This document shows, piece after piece, positions 25,217 to 32,855 of a stretch of 64,000 bases of DNA. The notes beneath the pieces were generated by a model. It did not search any database and was not told the origin of the DNA. It worked only from the letters and a program-made list of their open reading frames with translations. The stretch is from Candidatus Levyibacteriota bacterium (GTDB taxonomy: Bacteria; Patescibacteriota; Microgenomatia; Levybacterales; UBA12049). A program made the translations under genes and the position numbers. Each line of letters opens with the position of its first letter. The stretch's first letter is position 1. The DNA lies in contig JAGOUW010000002.1 of the NCBI GenBank assembly GCA_018061075.1, positions 38,944 to 102,943 on the forward strand, written 5' to 3'.

Positions 25217-26649
25217 TATTCTTTAGTTCCTCTTAGATATACTGCTTGCCAAGGTCTGTAGTTAGAGTTAAAAGTATCATTTGATATCACCTTTCCATTT
25301 TTTGTTACAGTTCTTGTAAATGTGGTTCTTGCTCCTGCTGCAGCAAAATCAACCTGTTTGACAGTCCCTTTTGGAAGATTTGGATCGTCTTCATACTTTG
25401 GTTCAGGTGCCGGGGACTGGGAAAGAATCACAGGAGTAGAAATTTCTGAAATCCTTCCGTCATTTGTGCCATAAAGCATAAACGTTAGTCGCTGCTCAGC
25501 GTTATCAATTACTGTCTGAACAAGTATGTGGTGTCCGGTATCATTCTTAAACTTCAAGTCAATATTTGGTGTATAAATTGCAGCATCAATTCCAGGCGCG
25601 GAATCTTGTTCATAATAACTTACCCTATATGCGTGCTGATTTCTTTCAGTAATTGGAACACCAGCATTTAAAAGCGCTCTAAAGAATGTGGTAGAGACCT
25701 GGCATACTCCTCCTCCATCTCCGAGAACAGTTCTTCCATTTTGAATAACGTAAGCCTGTTTGTATCCGGTAAGTGAAGAAACATCGCCAATGGTATTGTT
25801 AAAAGAGAAGACCTCGCCAGGTGGAATTAAAACCCCATTAAGGCGAGTTGCAGCAAGATTTAAATTATAAATTCTATTTTCAATAGAGCCTTTAAAGGTA
25901 GAAGTCCCGCTTCCGATAAGTTCTCTTATTCCCATTTCATTTACTTTGTCAGTTGTAAGATTGGGTTTTAATGTTTTTACGGGAATTGGAATAGCAACTA
26001 CTTTTTGAGAACTATAGCTAGAGATCATTTTTGATTTTGAAATAATTTGTTTATCTAATTCCTCTTTATTAACTTCCTGCCCGTCGCTCGAGGGTTTAAA
26101 TTCTGTTACTCTTCCATTCTCAAAATTAAAAACAGCCTCTACTGGTTTCTCATTAATCTCCTCAATTAGCGGATTTAATTTAGCGTAAAGTTTATCGTTA
26201 GAAAATTTATATGAGGAGGAAAGGTCAACGCCCATAGTGTAAGCTTGAAAAATAAGACTTAAATTTGTAATTGGATCTTTAGATCTTCCGATTGTTAAAG
26301 CTTGTGCTGTTAAAAGATTTTCATCATATCCAAATTCAATTTCTTGTGCTGAAACAGTAGCTGATTTATCCTTATAGCTAAATACAAAAGAAGCGTCCTT
26401 GGCCTCATTATTTTTCTGAATGAAATAATTTTTTACATCACTTTCTTTTTTATTACTAAAATTTACCCCATCAATTCTAACTCCAGGATAAATTTTATCT
26501 TTATAGTAATGCTGAAAAGCGATATAGGAAAAACTTGAAATTAAAAATAGTGCTATTACTGCTCCAGCCGAAAACCAAAAAGTAATTCTACTGGCTCTTT
26601 TTATATGTTTTTTTTCTATTTTTTTGATCTTTATTAAAGAAGATTTCAT
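25216..26649 (-). CDS. VanW-domain protein, membrane anchored
   Basis: N-terminal TM helix. C-terminal GYKQAYVIQNGRTVLGDGGGVCQVSTTFFRALLNAGVPITERNQHAYRVSYY is the VanW core. Confidence 0.8.
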   Translation of the reverse strand: MKSSLIKIKKIEKKHIKRASRITFWFSAGAVIALFLISSFSYIAFQHYYKDKIYPGVRIDGVNFSNKKESDVKNYFIQKNNEAKDASFVFSYKDKSATVSAQEIEFGYDENLLTAQALTIGRSKDPITNLSLIFQAYTMGVDLSSSYKFSNDKLYAKLNPLIEEINEKPVEAVFNFENGRVTEFKPSSDGQEVNKEELDKQIISKSKMISSYSSQKVVAIPIPVKTLKPNLTTDKVNEMGIRELIGSGTSTFKGSIENRIYNLNLAATRLNGVLIPPGEVFSFNNTIGDVSSLTGYKQAYVIQNGRTVLGDGGGVCQVSTTFFRALLNAGVPITERNQHAYRVSYYEQDSAPGIDAAIYTPNIDLKFKNDTGHHILVQTVIDNAEQRLTFMLYGTNDGRISEISTPVILSQSPAPEPKYEDDPNLPKGTVKQVDFAAAGARTTFTRTVTKNGKVISNDTFNSNYRPWQAVYLRGTKE

Positions 26650-26683
26650 TGTGTGAAGGGTCCTGATATTATACTATATATCT

Positions 26684-28117
26684 ATGCCAGAAGGAACGAT
26701 TTATCAGGAGGGAGTGCCTGCTACCCAAAACATTCCAGAATCTCCCCAAGCAACTCAGGTTACTTATGTAAATCCAGATAATTCTAAAAAAGAAGAAAAG
26801 CCATCGGGATTTCACCCGAAAAAAATTATAAAGATTGGTATTTTTATCTTCATAATATTGACAATAATTTTTGTTGTTTTGTCTTTAGTTTTACCCCGGC
26901 TGAGTTCTAAAGAAAAAAATGTAACATTAATTTATTGGGGTGTTAAGGAAGAAGCTGCAATTCTTGAGCCAATTATTAAGGACTTCGAGACCCAAAATCC
27001 AAATATAAATATTGAATATTCCAGGCAGGATGTTAATGATTATCGCGAGAAACTTTCAACAAGAATAAAGTCTGGAAATGGACCTGATATTTTTAAATAT
27101 CATAATACTTGGTATCCAATGATTAGGGAGGATTTATTACCACTTCCCAAAGAAACAATTGATAGAAATAAATTTAATGAAAAGTTTTATGATGTTGCCC
27201 AGAAAGACTTAATAAAGAATGGAGCAATTTATGGAATTCCCACAGAAACAGACACATTAGCTCTTTATGTAAATACCTCTTTGTTTTCTGAAGCAAGCGC
27301 AACGCCTCCGGCAACTTGGCAGGATTTTATAGATGCTTCTGAAAAACTTACGAAAAGAGATGAATCAGGAAGAATTACAGTATCAGGAGCTGCAATCGGA
27401 ACATATGATAACGTAAATCATGCACCAGATATTATCTCACTTCTATTTGCTCAGAATGGGGTAGATTTTAACAATATTTCTGAGTTTTCTGAGAAAATAT
27501 CAGACGCTTTAGAATTCTATACAACTTTCGCATTAACTGAAAATGCTGTTTGGAATTCAACATTAGATCCGTCTCTTAGCGCATTTTCCCAGGGAAAGCT
27601 TGCGATGTATTTTGGATATTATTGGGACTATTTTGAAATAAAAGCTCAAAATCCTAATATGGAATTTAAAGTTTATCCAGTGCCTCAGCTCCTCGCAGAT
27701 AGCCGAAAAAATATCACTAGTTATTGGGCAGATGGGGTATCCTCTCAAAGTAAAAATCAAAAAGAAGCACTTAAGTTTATTCAGTTTTTAGCAAGCGAGG
27801 AAGCGCAAGGGAAAATTTATCAGGAGCAGCTTAAATCGAGAGGTCTTGGTCAGCCAAATGGAATTAAGGACTTAGCGAGTGAGCTTCAAGATACTGAAAG
27901 TTTTATTTTTGCTGATCAATCAAAAACAGCGGACTCATCTCCATTTATCGATGGCACATCAGACAGTGGTTTAAATGATAATTCAAACATAATTTTAAGA
28001 GATGTGGTGAATGGAATTTTAGATAACTCTAATTCTGAATCTGCTTCAGATAAATTAATCGAAGGCTACCTTCAAGTTCTCTCGAGTTTTGCTCCCCAAC
28101 CCACAGTTAAAGAATAA
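26684..28117 (+). CDS. Extracellular solute-binding protein (ABC family 1, sugar-type), TM-anchored
   Basis: TM helix at about residues 48-70, then NVTLIYWGVKEE...FETQNPNINIEY...GNGPDIF, typical of SBP_bac_1. No permease or ATPase genes are adjacent. Confidence 0.75.
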   Translation: MPEGTIYQEGVPATQNIPESPQATQVTYVNPDNSKKEEKPSGFHPKKIIKIGIFIFIILTIIFVVLSLVLPRLSSKEKNVTLIYWGVKEEAAILEPIIKDFETQNPNINIEYSRQDVNDYREKLSTRIKSGNGPDIFKYHNTWYPMIREDLLPLPKETIDRNKFNEKFYDVAQKDLIKNGAIYGIPTETDTLALYVNTSLFSEASATPPATWQDFIDASEKLTKRDESGRITVSGAAIGTYDNVNHAPDIISLLFAQNGVDFNNISEFSEKISDALEFYTTFALTENAVWNSTLDPSLSAFSQGKLAMYFGYYWDYFEIKAQNPNMEFKVYPVPQLLADSRKNITSYWADGVSSQSKNQKEALKFIQFLASEEAQGKIYQEQLKSRGLGQPNGIKDLASELQDTESFIFADQSKTADSSPFIDGTSDSGLNDNSNIILRDVVNGILDNSNSESASDKLIEGYLQVLSSFAPQPTVKE

Positions 28118-28149
28118 TATTGATTTACGTTTCCTAGAACTCTAGGACA

Positions 28150-28178
28150 TTGACAAAGGTTCTAATTTGATTTATCAT
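28150..28178 (+). promoter_or_regulatory. Putative greA promoter TTGACA-17-TATCAT
   Basis: TTGACA at 28150-55, a 17-nt spacer, and TATCAT at 28173-78, about 60 nt upstream of the greA ATG. Confidence 0.4.
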
Positions 28179-28237
28179 CTTCCAGAACTTATTTCCCCCA
28201 ATAGCTAGTTTGGAGCTAATTTGGAGGGATTTTTATT

Positions 28238-28699
28238 ATGGATACTAAAAAAATTTACTTAACAAAAGAAGGCCTTGAAGAGTTAAAAAGAGAACTTGAA
28301 GAGCTCGTTAAGGTTAAAAGACCAGAGGTTTTGAATAGAGTTTCTCAAGCTAGAAATATGGGAGATCTTTCAGAAAATGCAGAATATACCGTAGCGCGAG
28401 AAGAATTGTCATTTATTGATGGAAGAATTGAAGAGCTTGAAGAGCTTTTAAAGCAAGTTGTGATTATTAGTAATAATCACTCAAGTACTATAAAATTAGG
28501 ATCTACCGTGAAAGTAAATACAGAGTCAGGAAAAGAGACCTTTACAGTTGTTGGAGAATGGGAAGCTGATCCTAAGGAGAGTAAAATTTCCCATGAATCT
28601 CCTTTGGGAAAAGCTCTGATTGGTAAAAAAGTTGGAGAAAAAGTAGAAGTAGAGGCACCGGCTGGAAAAATTATTTATACGATAGAAGCTATTAATTAA
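28238..28699 (+). CDS. greA: Transcription elongation factor GreA
   Basis: YLTKEGLEELKRELEEL...ARNMGDLSENAEY coiled-coil tip, and C-terminal ISHESPLGKALIGKKVGE. Confidence 0.93.
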   Translation: MDTKKIYLTKEGLEELKRELEELVKVKRPEVLNRVSQARNMGDLSENAEYTVAREELSFIDGRIEELEELLKQVVIISNNHSSTIKLGSTVKVNTESGKETFTVVGEWEADPKESKISHESPLGKALIGKKVGEKVEVEAPAGKIIYTIEAIN

Positions 28700-28828
28700 A
28701 TTTATGGTTATTGACCTGATGCTTGCAGTTCTTAAAGAAAACAAAGCAGCAGTTGTTTATATAAATCAAGCCCTCACTCCAAATCTTCAAAAAAATACTC
28801 TTAAGAAAATTGTTTCAGTTGTTTAATT

Positions 28829-30016
28829 ATGGATAATTTTTATAAAGAATTAGATGAGGTTTTAAAAATTGGTGCCACTCCTAGAATTATTGAATCAGGA
28901 CAAGGTGCATATCTCACGATCGACGGAGTGGAAAAATTAAATTTTTGCTCAAGCCATTATCTTGGTCTTGCACAGGATCCAAGAGTTAAGGATGCGGTAG
29001 TTGAGGCTGTTAAGAAATATGGAATTGGAACTGGTTATAGAACACTCGCAGGAACTCATGTTTTACATTTAGAACTTGAAGATGCGATAGCGAAATTCAA
29101 GGGAACAGAAGGAGCTTTAACTTTTTCTAGTGCCTATTTAGCAAATGCGGCAGCAGTTCAAACAATTATAGGAAAAGAAGATATCGTAATTTCAGATGAA
29201 CTAAATCATGCTTCAATAATTGATGCAGTTAGGCTTTCTGGCGCAAAAAATAAATTTATTTATAAGCATGCAGATACTAAGGATTTAGAAGAAAAACTTA
29301 AAGAAGCGGATGCGCTTAGGAAAACTCCAAGAAGTGACGGAAAATCTCCTTTAATTTTAATTATCACAGATGGAGTTTTTTCAATGGATGGAGACTTAGC
29401 GCCTCTTCCTGAAATAGTCCGCTTAGCAAAAGAGTATGACGCATTAACTATGGTAGACGATGCACATGGAGAGGGAGTAATGGGAAAAGGAGGACGCGGA
29501 GTGGTTGACCATTTCGGACTAGTCGGACAAATTGACATAGAAGTTGGAAGTCTTTCCAAGGCATTTTCTTCGCTGGGTGGATTTATAGCAGGAAATAAAA
29601 CACTAATAGGGTTTTATAAATTAAAGGCTCGTCAAAGACTTTTTTCAATCGCACTTTCAATTCCAGATACAGCAGCAGCATTAGAAGGAATAAGAATTCT
29701 TCAAAATTCCGGAGATTTAGTTGATAAGCTTTGGGAAAATGTAAATTATATTCGCGCTGAATTTAAAAAATTAGGGTTTGATACAGGAAGAACAGAAACC
29801 CCGATTACCCCAGTTATGATAGGGGATGAAGATAAGGCTAAGGAATTTTCAGTTAAATTATTTGAATTAGATGTTTTTGCAACTCCAATTGTTTTTCCGA
29901 TGGTCGGAAAAGGGAAAGCTAGAATTAGAGTTATCCCATCAGCGGCTCATTCCAGGGAAGATCTTGATAAAGGCATTGATGCATTTAGGAGGGTTAAAGG
30001 GGAGTTAGGATTATGA
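28829..30016 (+). CDS. kbl: 2-amino-3-ketobutyrate CoA ligase (glycine C-acetyltransferase) family PLP enzyme
   Basis: 395 aa with SHYLGL, TDGVFSMDGDLAPL, DDAHGEG and the GSLSKAF PLP-lysine motif. Translationally coupled (ATGA) to the downstream threonine-dehydrogenase-like gene. Confidence 0.85.
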   Translation: MDNFYKELDEVLKIGATPRIIESGQGAYLTIDGVEKLNFCSSHYLGLAQDPRVKDAVVEAVKKYGIGTGYRTLAGTHVLHLELEDAIAKFKGTEGALTFSSAYLANAAAVQTIIGKEDIVISDELNHASIIDAVRLSGAKNKFIYKHADTKDLEEKLKEADALRKTPRSDGKSPLILIITDGVFSMDGDLAPLPEIVRLAKEYDALTMVDDAHGEGVMGKGGRGVVDHFGLVGQIDIEVGSLSKAFSSLGGFIAGNKTLIGFYKLKARQRLFSIALSIPDTAAALEGIRILQNSGDLVDKLWENVNYIRAEFKKLGFDTGRTETPITPVMIGDEDKAKEFSVKLFELDVFATPIVFPMVGKGKARIRVIPSAAHSREDLDKGIDAFRRVKGELGL

Positions 30017-30957
30017 AGAAAATTTTAGTAACTGGAGCCTTTGGATTAATAGGAACAGAGCTCGTAGCGGCATTACAGGAAAAATATGGCAAGGAAAATG
30101 TCATCGCAGCTGCGCATTCTAAGGTTCCAGATAATTTTGATGGTATTTTAGAAAAAGCTGACGTTACCAAAAAAGACGAACTAGTTGGTCTAGTAAAAAA
30201 GCATGATATTGGTACTGTTTATCATCTTGCAGGAATTCTATCGGTAGGAAGTGAAAAAAATCCTGGTCTTGCTTGGGAAGTGAACTTAGATGGATTAAAA
30301 AATGTTCTCGATGTTGCAGTCGAAGAAAAGTTAAAGATTTTTTGGCCAAGTTCAATTGCTGCATTTGGGCCAACTACTCCAAAAGAAAATACCCCCCAGC
30401 ATACAGTTTTAGAACCAACTACTATTTATGGTGTTGCGAAAGTTTCCGGAGAACTTCTATGTCAATATTATTTCAATAAATTCGGTATTGATGTTAGAAG
30501 TTTGCGCTATCCAGGTATTAATGGTTGGAAAGCAGATCCTGGAGATGGAACTACGGAATATGCTATTCATATTTTTTATGCAGCATTAAAGGAAGGAAAA
30601 TATGTTTCACCGCTTAAACCAGGAACGTATCTACCGATGATGTATATGAATGACGCTATTTTAGGAACTATTCAGTTGATGGAAGCTGATCCAGCCAAAT
30701 TAACAGTAAGAACAAGTTATAATTTCGCAGGTATCTCTTTTTCTCCAGATGAGTTAGTGGAAGAGATTAAAAAATTAATGCCTAACTTTAGCGCTACATA
30801 TGAACCTAATCATACTCAGGCTATTGCAGATTCCTGGCCAAAATCAATTGACGATTCACAGGCGAAAAGCGACTGGGGTTGGGAGCCTAAGTTTAAACTG
30901 CCGGAAATGACTCAAGAGATGCTTGAGAATCTTCGAAAAAAACTTAACATCTCCTAA
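30013..30957 (+). CDS. tdh: SDR/epimerase-fold L-threonine 3-dehydrogenase
   Basis: ILVTGAFGLIGTEL Rossmann motif and YGVAKVSGE (YxxxK). The pairing with kbl is characteristic of the short-chain type TDH. Confidence 0.75.
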   Translation: MKKILVTGAFGLIGTELVAALQEKYGKENVIAAAHSKVPDNFDGILEKADVTKKDELVGLVKKHDIGTVYHLAGILSVGSEKNPGLAWEVNLDGLKNVLDVAVEEKLKIFWPSSIAAFGPTTPKENTPQHTVLEPTTIYGVAKVSGELLCQYYFNKFGIDVRSLRYPGINGWKADPGDGTTEYAIHIFYAALKEGKYVSPLKPGTYLPMMYMNDAILGTIQLMEADPAKLTVRTSYNFAGISFSPDELVEEIKKLMPNFSATYEPNHTQAIADSWPKSIDDSQAKSDWGWEPKFKLPEMTQEMLENLRKKLNIS

Positions 30958-30997
30958 TAATTGTGATAGAGCTTCTGGTTTTGAAATAATTATTATT

Positions 30998-31969
30998 ATG
31001 AAATATGATCTGATTGCAAGTGGTGGAACATTCGATCTTCTCCATAAAGGCCATAAAAGTTTTCTAAACCAAGTTGTAAAACTTGCTGATAAAGTAATTG
31101 TTGGCGTTACTAGTGACTCATATGTCTCAAGCTTTAAAATAAATAATTATGAGGACTTCAAAACAAGAGAGAGAAATGTTTATGAATACTTAAAAACACT
31201 TAGCGCTCCTAATAAAATTGAGATCGTAGAAATAAATGATATTTACGGCCCAGTGCTTAGTAAAAAATTTAAAGCAGGAGCTATGGCAGTAACGCCTCAA
31301 ACGAATAGAACAGCAATTGGGATTAATGAAAAAAGATTAGAGATGGGTTTGTCAAAGTTATCAATTGAAGTTATTGAGATGGACGCAGCAGATGATGGAG
31401 GATTTATTTCAAGTACCCGTATAAGAAATGGCGAAATAAATAGAGAGGGTAGGCTTTATGTTAACAAGAGATGGTTAAGTCGCGATCTTCAGCTTCCAGA
31501 AATTCTTCGCTCATCCTTACATAAGCCATTGGGAAAAATATTATCAGACGTGCCAAGAGAAATTGATAGTAATATTATTACGATTGGAGATATTACTACT
31601 AAAAAATTTAATGAAAAAAATATTAATCAATTTTTGTCAATTATAGATTTTCAAGTTAAAAGACAAAAGAAGTTTGATGGCATTTCTGATTTAGGCTTTA
31701 AAGAAATAAAAGCAATTAAAATAAAAAATCCAGCTGGTACTATTTCTTCAGATTTATTTAAAGCTATTATTGATGCGATCAAATCTAAGAAAAGACAGAT
31801 AATTTTAGTTGACGGAGAAGAAGACTTAGCAGTTTTGCCGGTGATAATTGCTTCACCTCTGGGATTTCAAATTTATTATGGTCAACCTGATGAGGGTCTC
31901 GTGGAAGTAGAAGTTACGGAAAAAGTAAAAGAAAAAATATACGATATATTAAGTAAATTTACTGGTTGA
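30998..31969 (+). CDS. Fusion protein: archaeal/eukaryotic-type phosphopantetheine adenylyltransferase + DUF359 (archaeal GTP-dependent dephospho-CoA kinase-like) domain
   Basis: N-terminal GGTFDLLHKGHKSFL...VIVGVTSD (cytidylyltransferase fold, COG1019-like). C-terminal IGDITT...DFQVKR...IKNPAGTIS...ILVDGEEDLAVLPVI...YGQPDEGLV matches my memory of the DUF359 consensus. Start at ATG 30998; the tracked start at 30923 overlaps tdh. Confidence 0.7.
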   Translation: MKYDLIASGGTFDLLHKGHKSFLNQVVKLADKVIVGVTSDSYVSSFKINNYEDFKTRERNVYEYLKTLSAPNKIEIVEINDIYGPVLSKKFKAGAMAVTPQTNRTAIGINEKRLEMGLSKLSIEVIEMDAADDGGFISSTRIRNGEINREGRLYVNKRWLSRDLQLPEILRSSLHKPLGKILSDVPREIDSNIITIGDITTKKFNEKNINQFLSIIDFQVKRQKKFDGISDLGFKEIKAIKIKNPAGTISSDLFKAIIDAIKSKKRQIILVDGEEDLAVLPVIIASPLGFQIYYGQPDEGLVEVEVTEKVKEKIYDILSKFTG

Positions 31970-31994
31970 ATCTAGCCTCATTTAGCTATATAAT
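31966..31994 (+). promoter_or_regulatory. Sigma-70-like promoter TTGAAT-17-TATAAT
   Basis: TTGAAT at 31966-31971, a 17-nt spacer, and TATAAT at 31989-31994, in the intergenic region upstream of the 32142 ORF. Chance matches are common in AT-rich DNA. Confidence 0.4.
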
Positions 31995-32000
31995 CTTTTT

Positions 32001-32115
32001 ACATGTTTAGAATATTTGTTTCAAAGAAGGACAAGAGCCTCTTAGCGAGGGGATTTGTCTTGGCCTAAACATAGAAACTTAGAGACCCGACAACCCCTCA
32101 ATGGAGGGGTTTTTT
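32001..32115 (+). promoter_or_regulatory. Structured leader / small RNA ending in an intrinsic terminator (candidate attenuator or riboswitch)
   Basis: Nested helices: ATGTTTAG (32003-10) pairs with CTAAACAT (32065-72); GACAAGA (32030-36) pairs with TCTTG-C (32058-64); CCTC (32038-41) pairs with GAGG (32047-50). GAGGGG (32047-52) and GAGGGG (32104-09) both complement CCCCTC (32094-99). Confidence 0.4.
32094..32115 (+). terminator. Rho-independent terminator
   Basis: CCCCTC-AATG-GAGGGG followed by TTTTTT. Confidence 0.65.
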
Positions 32116-32141
32116 AGTGGGAAAAACGGAGGTGATTATTT

Positions 32142-32495
32142 ATGGCATTAGCAATTGAAGCGATGGGAGTAACAGAAGAATTAGGGGCATGGAGTCTTCC
32201 GGAGAAATTACCCGGGAATTCAAACGTGACTTTAAGAGCAATTGGAGATTTTTCAAATTTGAATCCTAATGAATTGACTCGAGTTAATTTTGGAGTTGCA
32301 GAGTTAGCTAGGGTAATATTTGAAGGTGGAGGATCTGAGCCAGGATTTGGATACAGAATTGAGCCTAGAATCAGGAATGTTTATGCAGTTATTCATGAGG
32401 GATTAGAATCCCAGGCGTCTGTAGAGGGACTCGTAATTAGAAGAGGTGTAATTTACAATCCTGAATTTGTATTATTTCAGGCAAGGAGAATCTAA
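32142..32495 (+). CDS. Hypothetical protein, 117 aa
   Basis: ORF preceded by strong SD GGAGGTGA at good spacing. No TM segment or signal peptide. 1 Lys versus 10 Arg. No recognisable family. Confidence 0.7.
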   Translation: MALAIEAMGVTEELGAWSLPEKLPGNSNVTLRAIGDFSNLNPNELTRVNFGVAELARVIFEGGGSEPGFGYRIEPRIRNVYAVIHEGLESQASVEGLVIRRGVIYNPEFVLFQARRI

Positions 32496-32523
32496 AATTT
32501 TAAATAGTTAAGGGGGTGAATTA

Positions 32524-32811
32524 ATGTTGATAGAATTAATAAAAAGAGATTTAGTTGGCGAAGTATTAGGGGCATCTAGTTCTGTTCAAGGCCATAACCC
32601 TGATTTAACAGTAAGTGCTGGAAAAAGGGATGAGTTACTGGAGCGCAAGCTTCCGGAGTTGAGGTTTAATAAAAAAAAGGCGGAAGTTGTTTTTGATCGA
32701 GGTGTGCAAGTTAGGCCATCTTTGTTAGAAAAACGAGTTATTGTTTCAACTGACCGTGTGATTCCTAGTGCTTCAACTGTGCGTAGAGGTCCTGGTTTTT
32801 TAAGAGCCTAA
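32524..32811 (+). CDS. Hypothetical protein, 95 aa
   Basis: ORF preceded by strong SD AAGGGGGTGA, 28 nt after the previous ORF. No recognisable family. Confidence 0.65.
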   Translation: MLIELIKRDLVGEVLGASSSVQGHNPDLTVSAGKRDELLERKLPELRFNKKKAEVVFDRGVQVRPSLLEKRVIVSTDRVIPSASTVRRGPGFLRA

Positions 32812-32855
32812 TGCTCTTCGTTTATATTTATTTTCTTTTAGGGTAAAATACGATT

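Noticed and set aside
28133-28146. Palindrome CCTAGA-AC-TCTAGG downstream of the solute-binding-protein gene, considered as a terminator or operator.
   Set aside because: The stem is 6 bp with a 2-nt loop, which is sterically too tight for an RNA hairpin. There is no T-run and no second copy in the window. It is probably fortuitous or a restriction-type palindrome.
28704-28826. 40-codon ORF (MVIDLMLAVLKENKAAVVYINQALTPNLQKNTLKKIVSVV*) filling the greA-kbl spacer.
   Set aside because: It has no Shine-Dalgarno sequence, although real genes here usually have strong ones. It has no recognisable motif, and an ORF of this length is expected by chance in AT-rich sequence. It is kept only as a note because it fills the gap exactly.
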